Shown: in pieces, positions 49,281-61,600 of the stretch
Layout: each line of letters starts with the position of its first letter
Numbering within the stretch: the first letter of the stretch is position 1
NCBI GenBank assembly: GCA_038496445.1
Contig: JALMLS010000455.1
Coordinates: 940,825 to 1,004,824, forward strand
Direction: 5' to 3'
Source of the DNA: Trichosphaerium sp. ATCC 40318
Lineage: Eukaryota; Protista; Tubulinea
DNA length: 64,000 nt
Translations under genes and position numbers: made by a program
Notes under the pieces: generated by a model
What the model saw: only the letters and a program-made list of their open reading frames with translations
What the model was told of the DNA's origin: nothing
Database searches by the model: none

Positions 49281-50927
49281 ATGTTAGCTCGTTTTACGAA
49301 AGCTGTGCCAAAAACAGATCCAACTAAACAATTCAAGTACGTCAATACCCAAAACACACTCAACGTCACCAAATAACTGGTGACGTGTTGCTCTTTCAAC
49401 GAAAAATCAACTTTTTTTTTGACACATTGCATACTTTTAGGATTGTAACTTATAACGTTCTGGCGTCTTGTTGGTATGTACTTCGTTTATAACTGATAAT
49501 AATAATAACATAAGATATTTTAGGGGTGAACCATTCCCAGAGGATTATCCTTATGTAGTAGATAAGAATCACTTGACATGGGGATACAGAGAGCCATTGG
49601 TACTTGCTAATTTTTTTGTTCGAAAAAGAAACAAACAATTCGTTGACATTTTAAGTGACGGGTCAAGAAGTTTAGTGTTTCGAACCGAGCTTTAATAGCC
49701 CTTTCCCTACGCGGATTTGAATTTATTTCTTAATTTCTTCCACGTACCTCACTGCAAGAGCTGAGTTTTGATCTTTCGAATATTGTATTATATTTTATTC
49801 TTATTCGGATTTTTTTAGCTTCAAAAGGAGATCTTAGAAATGGATGCAGATATTTATTGCTTACAAGAAGTTGAGTTTGATACTTGGGATAAATTTAAGA
49901 AACCAATTGAAGATGCTGGTTACACGACACTGCTTCAAAATGACCCAAAAAGGTAGCATCATTTTTTCGTTTCAACAATTTAACTTTCCGTTGAAGGGCT
50001 GCTAAGCAAAAGACAGCAAATGCTATTATGTACAAGAAACGTTTTTCTCTTCTATGGGAAGATCATAGAAGTCGTGCCGTCATAGCAGGATTTAACGATT
50101 CTGAAGGTGGCAACAAGAAAGTAATAGTTGCAAACGTGGTATGTTTCTACTTCTTTCTTGGTACTAAGTTCTTTTAATCTAATTATAAAAATGTAGCACT
50201 TGCACGGAAATCCAAAGGAGCCAGAGCAACGATTTTTCCAGACGAGAAGCTTGCTTAAGCAAATCCGTAAAGGGAAAAATAAATTCGATAAAAATGGTAA
50301 ATAACCAAATCTTTTCAGAAAAGTATCTTGATTTGACTTCTTGTTCCTTAGAGAAAGCGCATATGATTATTATCGGTGATTGTAACGAAGGTCCTAATTG
50401 CAGTGTTTTTAAAATGCTAACAACTGGTACGTTAACCCATGTTACAGCTGCTCGACGTGCTATTAGAATTTTTTTTGCTTATTTTTGTACTAACTATTTT
50501 TGTTTTACAGGCAAACTTGAGAGTGGTTACAAGGACCCAGACACTTCTGTTGTTGTTACATCAAAGAACTTTCAACACGAGTTCAAATTCTCTAGCGCAT
50601 ATAAAGATCACTTGACTACACCAACTTTCTTTGTACGAACACGTTTCACTACATTTAGAAATATCGTTGATTGTTTTGACACTTTTCTCTTCTTTGGAAG
50701 AATTTTTTTTCCGTTAATCTATACTGTACTGATTGTAGTAAATATAGGAAGCAGATCCAAGTCATTATAAGATAGATTTCTTGTATTACAGCTATGATAC
50801 ATTGAAATCTATAGGCGTGATGGAACCTTTCGATAAAACAAATGATAAGGCTATTTTGGCTGGATTACCAAACGCACAGCATCCCTCTGATCACGTGCCT
50901 ATAGGAGCAATATTAGAATACTTGTAG
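49281..50927 (+). CDS. EEP-family nuclease/phosphatase, CCR4/nocturnin/PDE12-like, multi-exon
   Basis: IVTYNVLA, DADIYCLQEVE, IIIGDCNE, GLPNAQHPSDHVPI motifs. Confidence 0.88.
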
Positions 50928-51205
50928 ACATTCTGTACAGAGAGAAAAACCACGGTTGAATCCTGGTTCTGTTCTGTGAATGAGTTAATTAAACAATTGT
51001 ATTTTTTTGCTATTTCTGCGCGTGAACGATTATTACGAAAACACCTATGTACTAATATTAGGTCGTTTTGGTTTCCCAAAATTCTGCTTCATAAATGAAA
51101 GCCCAAGTTCAAGTTATTGACCAAGTCACGTGCTACTTGAAACAAATTGACTGCGCGAAAGAAATGTTTTTCAATTAAAATTATAAGTGGCAAGAGCGGT
51201 GTTAA

Positions 51206-54200
51206 ATGTCGCTTTTTGATGACTCTTCCGAATCAGGCGACGCTGGTTGGGCTAGCGTAGAAGAAAAAAGCGTACACAATCAAACTTTTGTCATTGGAAA
51301 ATTCTAACTTTGTTTTGAATAGGGCTCTGATGGTTTATTCTTCTCTGACGGCGAAAAAGAATCATCAGAAGATGAAGCACCAGCTTCCCGTGACCAACTC
51401 GCCGCAGCATTTACAGCAGCATTATCAGGGCAACCCAGTACGTTTATTAGGCCTATTTACCAAGTATTTGCTTATTTCTCGTTTAGAAAAACCAAAGGTA
51501 CCAGAAGTGGCTTCTATGTTCATAAGTATACCTAAAAACAACGTAATTAACCATAAATACTAGCCTACGCCAAAAAGCGCCGATTTAGCTTCAGAATCTG
51601 GTTTTGATGACGACGAAGAGTCTATATTCGATAAAGACGACGACGCTAGCGAAAAAGAAGGCGAATCATCATCGTCTGGTTCAGAATCAGGATCATCTGG
51701 ATCATCTGGATCATCTTCGTCTGGCTCTTCTGGTTCTACAAGCTCTTCTGGCTCCTCATCTGGGTCGTACTCATCTAGTAGTGGTTCTGGAAGTAGCACT
51801 AGTAGTGGAAGCGAGAGTGGAAGTAGTAGTGGTAGTGAGAGCGCAAGCGATGAAGCTGAAAAGGTAACTAAAAAGCGTCACGTTTTTTTTATTTTTTTTG
51901 AGAAATCGCGTTGATTGTCACGTGCATGTATTTAAATTGCGTTTTAAATTTATTACCAGTATTTAATATCCAATAGGCAGCTGAAGAAGAAGCGCCAAAA
52001 GAATCTATTTACGCTGGAGAAGGTATTTATTTTTTTGTTTTCACGTGTTTTTTTCTTAATTTGTTATAGAGGGCGAAGCAGCTCCAGAGGGTGAAGAAGA
52101 TGCTGTTGAAGAAGTGGAAGACACCAGAAAGGCTTGGGAAAGACCTTGGACACTTGATGAGATGAAAGAGTCTGCTGATATTTGGACACTGGCTTCAGAC
52201 GCTGGCGTATGTTTTATTTTTCGAAAATGCTTGATTTTTTTTCGTCACGTTTCTTAGATGGTTTGTTTAACTCTGTTGTTTAGTTGCTTAATTATCTCAC
52301 ACAGTTTTCTAATAACCTCATAAGTAAGACTAAAGAGGTTGAAGACTCAGTAGATGATCTATGCTTTTCAGCAGAAGGAGCTGAGATTAGATTACATAAT
52401 ACTTTTAATGCTTTTCTTCAGTTGGCAAACTCCCAGTTCGTTGAGAACGTAAGCAACCTTTTGGTTTAGTACTAGTCGTACTCTCATATACCTAACGAAA
52501 GATAGCGTGTTGATAATGAGGATCCTAAAGAAGAAGCTACCACAACAGAGAACGCAGAGCCAGCCGTAAGTTAAATAAGGCTTGATAGTGTTATTTATTT
52601 TTTAATTTTTTCTTTTTTAGACAGAAAATGGTGATGCTGTTCCTAATGGTGATACACCTAATCCTGATGGAGAAGGTGCTACAGAGAATGGTGAAACAAA
52701 AGAAGATCCTGTAAATACGCTTATGCCTAAATACACTGAAGCAATCAAGGTACAGTTCACTTCCAGTGTTTTAATGTTTAACTACTGCCATTGAAATTCT
52801 CTTATTCGTGCTAGTACGCTATTGAGGCTCTAGAAATGTCTACTCTTCAAGCAGAAGAAGAGGCACAATTAGAAATGGAAGAAGATGCTATGATTGGCGA
52901 AAAGGAGAATATTGTGTATGGTGGTCAACATGTCTCTCCAGAAGTAAGCTTTTCAATATTTTTTCTTTATATCCGCTCTTTGCTTATATGTTTGTTTCTG
53001 TAGAATGAATTTTCTCGTCGACCTCTTCCTTTTATTATTGGTACTACTGACTGGCAACAAGATGACTTTGTCGGTTTATACATGGCACCAGAAGAAGATT
53101 CAGATGAGGTAAACAAAGTCCTTATTTCTTTTTTTTTTCTCTATTTTGTTGTGGCTCTCATCTGGCTTCTCTTCTTATTTTGGAACAATTTTATAATGCC
53201 AAGTATCCACTAAATGTGGAGCAATTGCGTCCATCATTTTTTGGGCTAGTTAGTAAACTGTGATGCGATTGTTTTTGAAAAGTTTGATTCGGAGGTTTCG
53301 TTGCTAATTTTTTCGTCGCAGGGAGAGCTCTCAGAAGAAGAATTAGAAGAAGAGTCTGAGCATGAAGACGGAGAATTTTACTCAACTGCATCTGAAGGTG
53401 AAAGCAGCAGCAGTAGTAGCAGTAGTTCAGAAGAGGAAGGGCCAGAAGAAAATGGTGAAGATGGACCAAAGGCTGATTTGGCCGAGGAAGTGAGCAGTAG
53501 TGAAGGCGAACCTATCCGTGAGAGCGATCTAGTCGAAGAATACAGTGCGTATTGTTTTATGTAATCCATAAGATCAAGATTTATCTAACAAGTAATGTTA
53601 TAGAGGTCGAAGGTGCAGAGGAAGAAGAAAAGAAAGCCAAAAAGAAAAAGAGAAAGTCTAAAAAAGTGAAGAAATCAAAGGTTTGTTAAAACAACTTGAC
53701 TCTTCTTTCATTTTATCCAGTACTCACGTTTATGACATTAGAAACAAGCTGATCTCGCTTCTAATGTATCATCAGCTGAAGAAGACTCGAAAGCGGAAGA
53801 AGCAGACTTGAAATCAGAGGTAAAAACTTCAAGAAAAAAAAAGTGTTTTGCTCACTTACCTCGTTTTAGGCTTCTGCCAGTTCTGAGGAAGAAGATAGTG
53901 CTGAATCTAATGATGAAGAAAGTGAAGCAGAAGATGAAGAAGAAGTTGATCCTGAGGATCCTGATGCTTTGTTTAAAGCTAAGAAGAAGGACACAAACAA
54001 AGGATTGGATGCCATCATTTCATCTGATGAATCACAAGAGAAAGACTTATTTGACGTACGAAGAGAAGAGGATAAATCTGTGTTACACGTACCTTCTAAC
54101 TGTTATTAAAGACGAAGCCAAAGAAGAAGAGTGATCCATTCAATGTTGATGCTCTATTCAGTGACGATGATGACGATGTATGACTTTTTTTGTGTTTTTT

Positions 54201-57200
54201 TTTTGTTTGTTGACGTTTTGCTTTTTGAAGGATTTCTTGAGTGTCATGAAGAAGAAAGATACTAAGAAAGCAGGCGCTGATAAAATTAGCGCAATGTTCG
54301 ACTCTGATAGTGACGATGACGGCTTTTTATTCGGATCTAAACCTAAGAAACCAGAAAAGAAAAAATCTGAAAGTATTTTGGGTTCTGATGATGAAGGTGA
54401 TGATCTATGGGGTGCTGATGACCCTAAAAAGAAATCAAAAGAAAGTAAAACAGAAGATAAAGAAGCTGAGAGTAGCTCTGAAGCTGATGAAGACGAGAAA
54501 AAAGAAGTAAAGAAGGATACTAAAAAACCAGCTAAAAAAACAGTTGTAAAGAAGAAGGCTTCAAAGAAGAAGTCTAACAAAAAGACTTCATCAGAAAAGG
54601 TTAAAGAGGCTCCAAAGGAGGTAAAAGAAGAGCCTAAGGAAATCATTGATGCGTCATTGAAGGCAGATAGCAAGAAACCTTCAAATAAGCACAAGAAGCA
54701 TAAAAAACATAAAAAACAGTACGTATCACAATTTCACTTTTTTTCTTCTCCTCACTATCCTGTTGATGTGATACCTCTAAAATTGTTACTGTGTGCTGTA
54801 TACACTTCGCTTACATTGCGTCTTTAGTCATAAGTCTAAGCACAAGGGAGGCAAGCACAAGAAAAGAAAACACAGGAAGAGAAATGAATCAACACTATCG
54901 AAAAAACGTGTTACTGGAGCTGCCGATGACACTCTTCTACAACAACAGCAAGCTATCGCAGAAGCTGCTAAGCGTCGTGCAGAAAAGAACCTTGGGGGTC
55001 TTCCTCCTGCGAATGGAGAAGCTGACGATGGTCTATGGTCAGATGATGACGAAGGTGTAGTTGGTCTTCCTCCTCCAATGCCAGACGCGGACAATATCGG
55101 ACTTCCAGATGTTTCCGGACTTCCAGACGCTGGTAGTGGTGTTATTGGTCTTCCAGACGTTGAAGATGATGGATTTGGTTTACCTGCACCTGTACCAGAT
55201 GCCGGAGATGGTTCTGATGATGACTGGATGAACGACGATGCGAAAGACATCTTACCTGATCCTTCAACGAAGAAAAGTCCAAACCCAAAGCTGCTGAGTC
55301 TTTGGATGTTGATGATGTCTTTGCTGAAGACTTTGGTGTACCAGCCGCAGCTGAGAAGAAGGATGACAGTCTATGGTCGGAGTACGTACTAGAAGAAATT
55401 AGAATATGATGTATCTAACTCAAACTTCTTTTTAAAGCGATGAGACATTCCTCAGCGAAGAACCTAAACCTTCAGCATCGAAGAACTCTGTTTTCGATGA
55501 CTTTGATGCAGAGATTGATGCACAAACACCTCCACCTGAAAAGGCTGAAGCAAAGGTAGAGGTTGCATCCCCTTCACTTGACAGCCCTACAAAGAAAGCA
55601 TCTCCAAGAGGAGGTGAACCAAAGGTACAACTTTTTGGGCAGCAAAAGTAACAAAAGTTTTTATTGAAGAATATTTGGTTTTGTTGCTAACTGTGAGGTG
55701 TCTATATAGGTTAGCTCCAAGATTGAAGCATTAAGAGCGAACATCAATCCTTTGGCTATGCTCCCAGGAGCTAAACCAAAGAAGACTATGAAGCTTGACT
55801 CTTCTTGGGACTCAGGCGATGATGTAAGATTTTTTCGCTATCGAAGCAACAAAGCTAACCTCTGTTTTTAAGGAGCCTTCTACGTTCTCTAGTACCACGT
55901 CAGATAAACCTTCTAAACCTGGCGCATTAACACACGCAACACGTGCACGACCAAAGGTACTGTAGAGAATAAGCGTTGAAGACCGTTCTAACCTTATGTT
56001 CTTTTAGATGCGTGGAAAAAGACTTCCAACAAGGTTCAAGCGTGGAGGAAGGAGAGCTGCTAAGCCTAAAACTACTACTGCAGCTCCAGTCGTTACTTCA
56101 AAGGCTGTGGAACCTGAACCAGTATCAACTGAACCTTGGGTGCCATCTGTACGTTGCATCGCAATCTTAACCCGAACATACTTGTTTTATTGCACTTTTT
56201 GTTAAAATTTTATTTTAGGCCAAAAAGAAAGAGGTCAAGCCAGCCAAGGCTAAGGCACAGTCATCTCTGTTTGGTGGTGCACTTAGCGATGATGATGATG
56301 ATGGTGATGACGACTTCCTCAGTGGATTGGGGTTATCCACAAAGAAGACAGCAACCAAATCTTCAAAAGACAAAGACGACTTTTTCGGGTTTGGTGGAGA
56401 TGATGATAAGACTACTAGTGATGATCCTTTCGGATTCTCTTCTGCTCCTAAGTCTAAATCTAAATCAATGTTCGCAGATGAACCAAAAGCTTCAGGTACC
56501 ACAACACATCGGTTTTCTGAAACGAACCCGAAACGTTTTTTCGCACTTTTTAATCTTTCTGTTATTAACTGATGTTTAGCTTCGCCTGAACCAAAGTCAG
56601 AGTCTAAAAAGGCTGAACCTGAACCTGTTACACCAAGAGAAATAGTAGCTGACTCAACTCCAAAGGCAGCAGAACCTAAATCTGTAAAGCAATCAAAACC
56701 TGCTTCTAAAAAATCTGAACCAGAAAAAAAACAGAAAAAAGAAAAATCTATTTGGGATGACATGTCTGATGATGAAGATGATATCAAATCGTCTTCTAAA
56801 CCAAAGAAATCAGCTTCTCTATTTGAATCAGACGATGAAGCTGATCCTCTTGGATTCTCAGCACCGTTTAAATCAAACGGATCAAAATCGTTTTTCGATG
56901 AACCAGATGCGACCGTAGACGATATGTTTGGTACTCCTACTAAGAAGAAGGATAATACAAAGAAGAATGAACCTAAGAAATCTGATAAAAAGGTTGAAGA
57001 GAAGAAAAAAGAACCAGTAAAGAAAGAACCTGAGAAAAAAGTCAAAGAAGAAGTACCTGTCAAGGTTGAGAAAAAAGTCGAAGTAAAAACTCCTGAACCT
57101 GTCAAACAAAAGGCTCCTGCTAAGAAAGATAAGAAGGCTACACCTAAAGGAGCTATAAGCGCAGATGCTGATGATATATTCGGTGATTTCAGCGCTCCAG

Positions 57201-57697
57201 CACCGAAACCAAAGAAACGAGTTGTCAAAAAGAAGCAGCCTGTTAAAAAAGCGGCTACGACTACCAAGAAGGCTCCTGCTGCAAAGAAGACAAAGCCTGC
57301 ACCTAAAGCGGCTGTGAGCGCTGATGCTGATGATATCTTTGGTGACTTATCTGCTACTACATCTCCTAGACCTTCAAAGAAAGGTTCAGCTAAAAAAACG
57401 GCGTCTAAAAAGGTTACTACTCCAAAGAGTACTAAAAAGAAGGCTGCTGCTGGAAGTGATGACTTTGATATATTTGCTACAGCTGCACCTACAACTAATA
57501 AGAAGAAAAAGAAGGTTGTCAAGAAGGCACCAAAGAAGAAAGCTGCAGGTACGGTTTAGAGCTTTTTTTTAAAAAACTTTCACAAAAAAATACAAGCTTC
57601 CCAACTATCACGCACGTGCGTCTGTATTAATTTTTGTGTAGATCCAGATGATATCTTTGCTTCTCCTACATCAGCAGTAGATGATATTTTTGCGTAA
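51206..57697 (+). CDS. WASHC2: WASH complex subunit FAM21 (WASHC2), multi-exon
   Basis: Head WERPWTLDEM...WTLASDAGLLNYL...LHNTFNAFLQLANSQFVENRV; RRPLPFIIGT; many LF-acidic motifs; capping-protein-interaction motif LTHATRARPK/MRGKRLPTR. Confidence 0.9.
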
Positions 57698-58404
57698 ACA
57701 GAATAAATCTTAGAAAATTGATGAATGAAATGACACGTGACCTAAAATCAAGTTTTACAAAATTTTAAATAAACTTTTTTTTCTTATAGATTAAAGACTT
57801 TCTTATCGAGTACTACCTGTGCTAGGCTTCAATTTATACTCATTTTCCGGTTGCATCAATACCGCTTTACAAACAGTTTTTGGGACTTTTGACTAAGGGA
57901 GATCGGCGAGCAACAAGCTTTTAATCTTACTGCACTTGCCAATAATTTGACGCTTGTTAAATCTCACGTTACAAACAGTGCTCAGTAGTGGATCGCAAGG
58001 GTAACTAAGAAACATTGCGTATGCATGTTCAGGTACTTTGCAAATATCTGGTATTGTCTGTTTCATTCAAGGTTTGAGACAGACCGACTTTTAGCAAAAA
58101 AAATCCAGTTTCTGCCCGATCTGTCAGATGTGACGGATTTGACACTTCTGATTTGATTGGCAGCCCTTCAATTCAAAAGTTAAAATTTGACACGAAAAAA
58201 AGGTGTTTGCACCTTAAAATACTGTAACCTTGGATTTGACTTTTTGAAATACCGGTATTTTATGTTAGCGGTTTTGCGAACATAGGTAGCCCTTTGCAAC
58301 TCTGCTAGCTATACCATGGGTATATCCTCATGCAGTACTTAACGTGAGCTTAAGAACAGAAAGTCACGTGCATGCGCAAAAATAGCATACATAGCGTCAA
58401 ATCC

Positions 58405-58491
58405 CTCAACCTCTAGAACAACCTGAGAATGGCCGTAGTGTTACTGATTATGTCAAGAGCGTTATCTATAATGAAGGTATACAGGGTTTAG
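58405..58491 (+). pseudogene. Internally deleted relic of the TM-RING gene flanking copy 4
   Basis: ctcaacctctagaacaacctgagaat...tgttactgattatgtcaagagc matches the reverse complement of ~47455-47515, then jumps to aatgaaggtatacagggtttag (reverse complement of 47085-47106). Confidence 0.7.
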
Positions 58492-58696
58492 AAATAGAAC
58501 CGATTGTACAGAATTCAAAAAAAAATAAATTAATCTTCAAGCTAAAACGAAGACTTTGGTTTATTGAGAACAAAGGTGAACATTGTATTGTTCTATCCCT
58601 GACAAGTTAGTTGGTACTCAATGAAAGGGCTTCGTAGCATAAGTCTAATGAAATCGCTATGAGCTGTGATATGTTTGTAGTTAAACTTGGGTTTGT

Positions 58697-61600
58697 TTAC
58701 AAAGCTAATACATCTGCAGGACTGTCTGTGACTGAAACATTCTTGTATTTCTTTTTGAGGTACTTGACTTTTGCTTTGTTTCCTAGATTCAAAAATATGA
58801 GCATGTTTAACATCAATACAATCGATTGTTGTTGTGTTACACACATACCACAAAACACAAGAATAGGTATTTTACTCCATTTCTTATTTTGCTTAATTAT
58901 ACTTTTCACCAAGTGCTCTGCTGCATTCTCATCGCCATCACCTTTACGGTACCTGTTTGTTATAATACGTAGCCTGTTGTTACAATATCCTTTAAACTTT
59001 TGAAGCCATGCCAAAACCTCTGAGGATGACATCATTGGCAAAACCTTTTGGAGTGTTAGTACCCCTTCAACATATTCTATTTGGTTTGTGTACCTCTGTT
59101 TTCTTTGGCCGAGCTTTTAATAGCTTTACAATCTCTTTGTTCTCATTGGATAAGTTATCGTCAACCCATAAGATGAGACACTTTGCATCTCTGTACTTGA
59201 TGTTGAACTGTGATAGATTGATAGTGTTTGTGCTTTGATAATAAACAAGGTATCTCGGAAGAATCTTTTACAATAGGATGTTAATTAAAATAACTATGGT
59301 GAATTAGTACTTGTTTGTTGGAGAATACAACAATTTCATCAAAGTCTGGTTTTTCATGTTTTTTACAAGGATAGCAATTGCGAGCACTTGTTTTTTTTTT
59401 AACAATAGCATAGTGTGAATCGTATCCATCCTATTTTTACATTGTTACACCACAACTAATAGGTGATTTTAATGGATTACCTTGCATCCTTTTCCGTAGA
59501 GGCTGTTTGGATCATGAAGGTTAGGAACCTCAGTAGCTGGATAGGGTTTTCCCATCATCACCCACGATATCAGCATACAAGGAGTATCTGTCTTGTTCCA
59601 CTCAGCATACACCTTTCCTACAACAGCTCTATTAGCTTCAAGCGCATGACTATAAACACGTACCATAGTCTGGGTATTGTGTAAAGTAGATACCATTCCC
59701 TTTGTAATACAGTAAATTAGACACGTGCACATTGAAAAAAGCAACAGTAATGTAAACGTTGTACCAAAGAATCCTTCATCTTTCTTGTCTTTTGACTTTG
59801 TTGGCTCTCTGAAGTTGTTGGTTGCAATTAAGAAACTGGTATCCTATGTGTGCGTATAAGTGGCATACTTAATATGATGACAGTACCTCTGTTGTGCCGT
59901 GAAACCCACCAATGAGATTGATTTGCTCATTACCAGAAACACGAAGAGTGTAGTTTTTCAAATGGTTCATTGTCCGTTCTTGTGCTTCAAGTTTCTTTTT
60001 ATCAACTGCACTCAAACTGCTATCGCTAATATCTAAATGATGGATTAATAAGAATTGCTAGCAAATGTTCAATCACTTACTTGAAGATTTAGATTGAAGT
60101 ACTTTAGCAACGAGCTGTTCATATTTTTTTTGGAATGCAGCTTCAAGTGTTTGATTGTCAAAGAATACAATCTTTTCAAGTTTAAAGAACGACTCACTCT
60201 CAGTACCCATAAACTTGTAGAACATATTGCGAGCTCTCAAGTACTCATCACAACGCTCCTTTTTAGATCAGTCAGCAAAGATTAAATACCAAGTCAGAAA
60301 AAGTGTTACACATACTTTGGTTGTTTCGTTGCTTGTGAGAGAAGTCCATCTCAAACCTGGATACTTTTTCTTGTTCTCTTTCCAATCGCCTTGTGTTAAA
60401 AATTGTTCACCATGAAGACTGCTCCAAAAGCTATTTCGGCTTATTGTCAGAACAGGAAAGCCCTCTTTCAAGTGAGAGGCAGTGACAATATCTCCTATCA
60501 GATTGTTGTAAGTAAAGTTGACCTTCACATTTGTGGTTACCTGTTTGTTCAAACTTATATGGAGGTTTTGTAGCAACAACAATGTGACCGTTTTGAATAC
60601 TAACAGGGCATAGCTGGACTTGTTTACCTTCCAATGGTGCTAAGTATGATCCAATACATTTCTAAACATAGATGAATACTTAACTATGATATTTGTTATC
60701 GTACCTTCCATAACCATGGCACCTTGCCTCTGATCACAATGTTTATGGCAAGGTTATTATAGTACAGCACAATTGTGTTACCATAAAAATCATTCAATAC
60801 AATCAGATTTGAAAATAGGCGGAACTCTTTGTTGTGGAACTCTAGATATTTTGTAAGCATAAATACAACATTATTTTGGTGCTTCCCTCTTAATCTTGTT
60901 TGCAAGTTATTAAACACATCTATTGATATTTCTGGAGAAGTAAATTGATAAGCCAAGAACTTTGAAACGGCTGATATGTGCTCATATTTGTCGGTAAGTG
61001 ACTAAAGGTTGTTTAGCAACAATAACAATAAACAAGAAAGCAAAGGAAAAATTGAGAAAAAAAAAATAGAAAGAACGTGATTCTAAACGTACTATTTTTT
61101 GAGTCTTTGAATTTTTTTTGATTGTTTTAATCGTCTTGGTCACAAAACTATTATCTTTTTTAGGTATGAATGATAGCAACCTCCACTTTGTTGGCAACTT
61201 GCTCAAGTAAAACACTTCAGAAAATATGGATAGTTTCTCCCTGTGTTTAACTAGATTGATATTGGACTCCTTTTCTGTCACAGGTGGAAAGTACAACATA
61301 TCAGCTTTTGGCAATAATGAAATTATGATGTATCCATCTGAGCCGTACACTTTCTAACCACAATAAGTAAATAATGTACCAATAAAAAAAATATGCTATG
61401 AAGTGTTACCTTTTCTTCTTTTGTCAAGCGAACACAAAATGACAATTTAACCAAGAATTTCATCACTTGCTTCACTTCAACCATTGTACAGTTTTTGAAT
61501 ACCTTTGAGATGCGATAATGGGCCTCTGCATCTGTGAATACAGCACAGTGATTTCGAGACTTTTCATTCAATAGTCTGTTCAGGTGTTCTGTAGGAGCAA

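Noticed and set aside
56215-57522. 435-aa minus-strand ORF (also 54158-54694 and 54828-55250)
   Set aside because: Antisense shadows of Lys/Asp-rich FAM21 exons.
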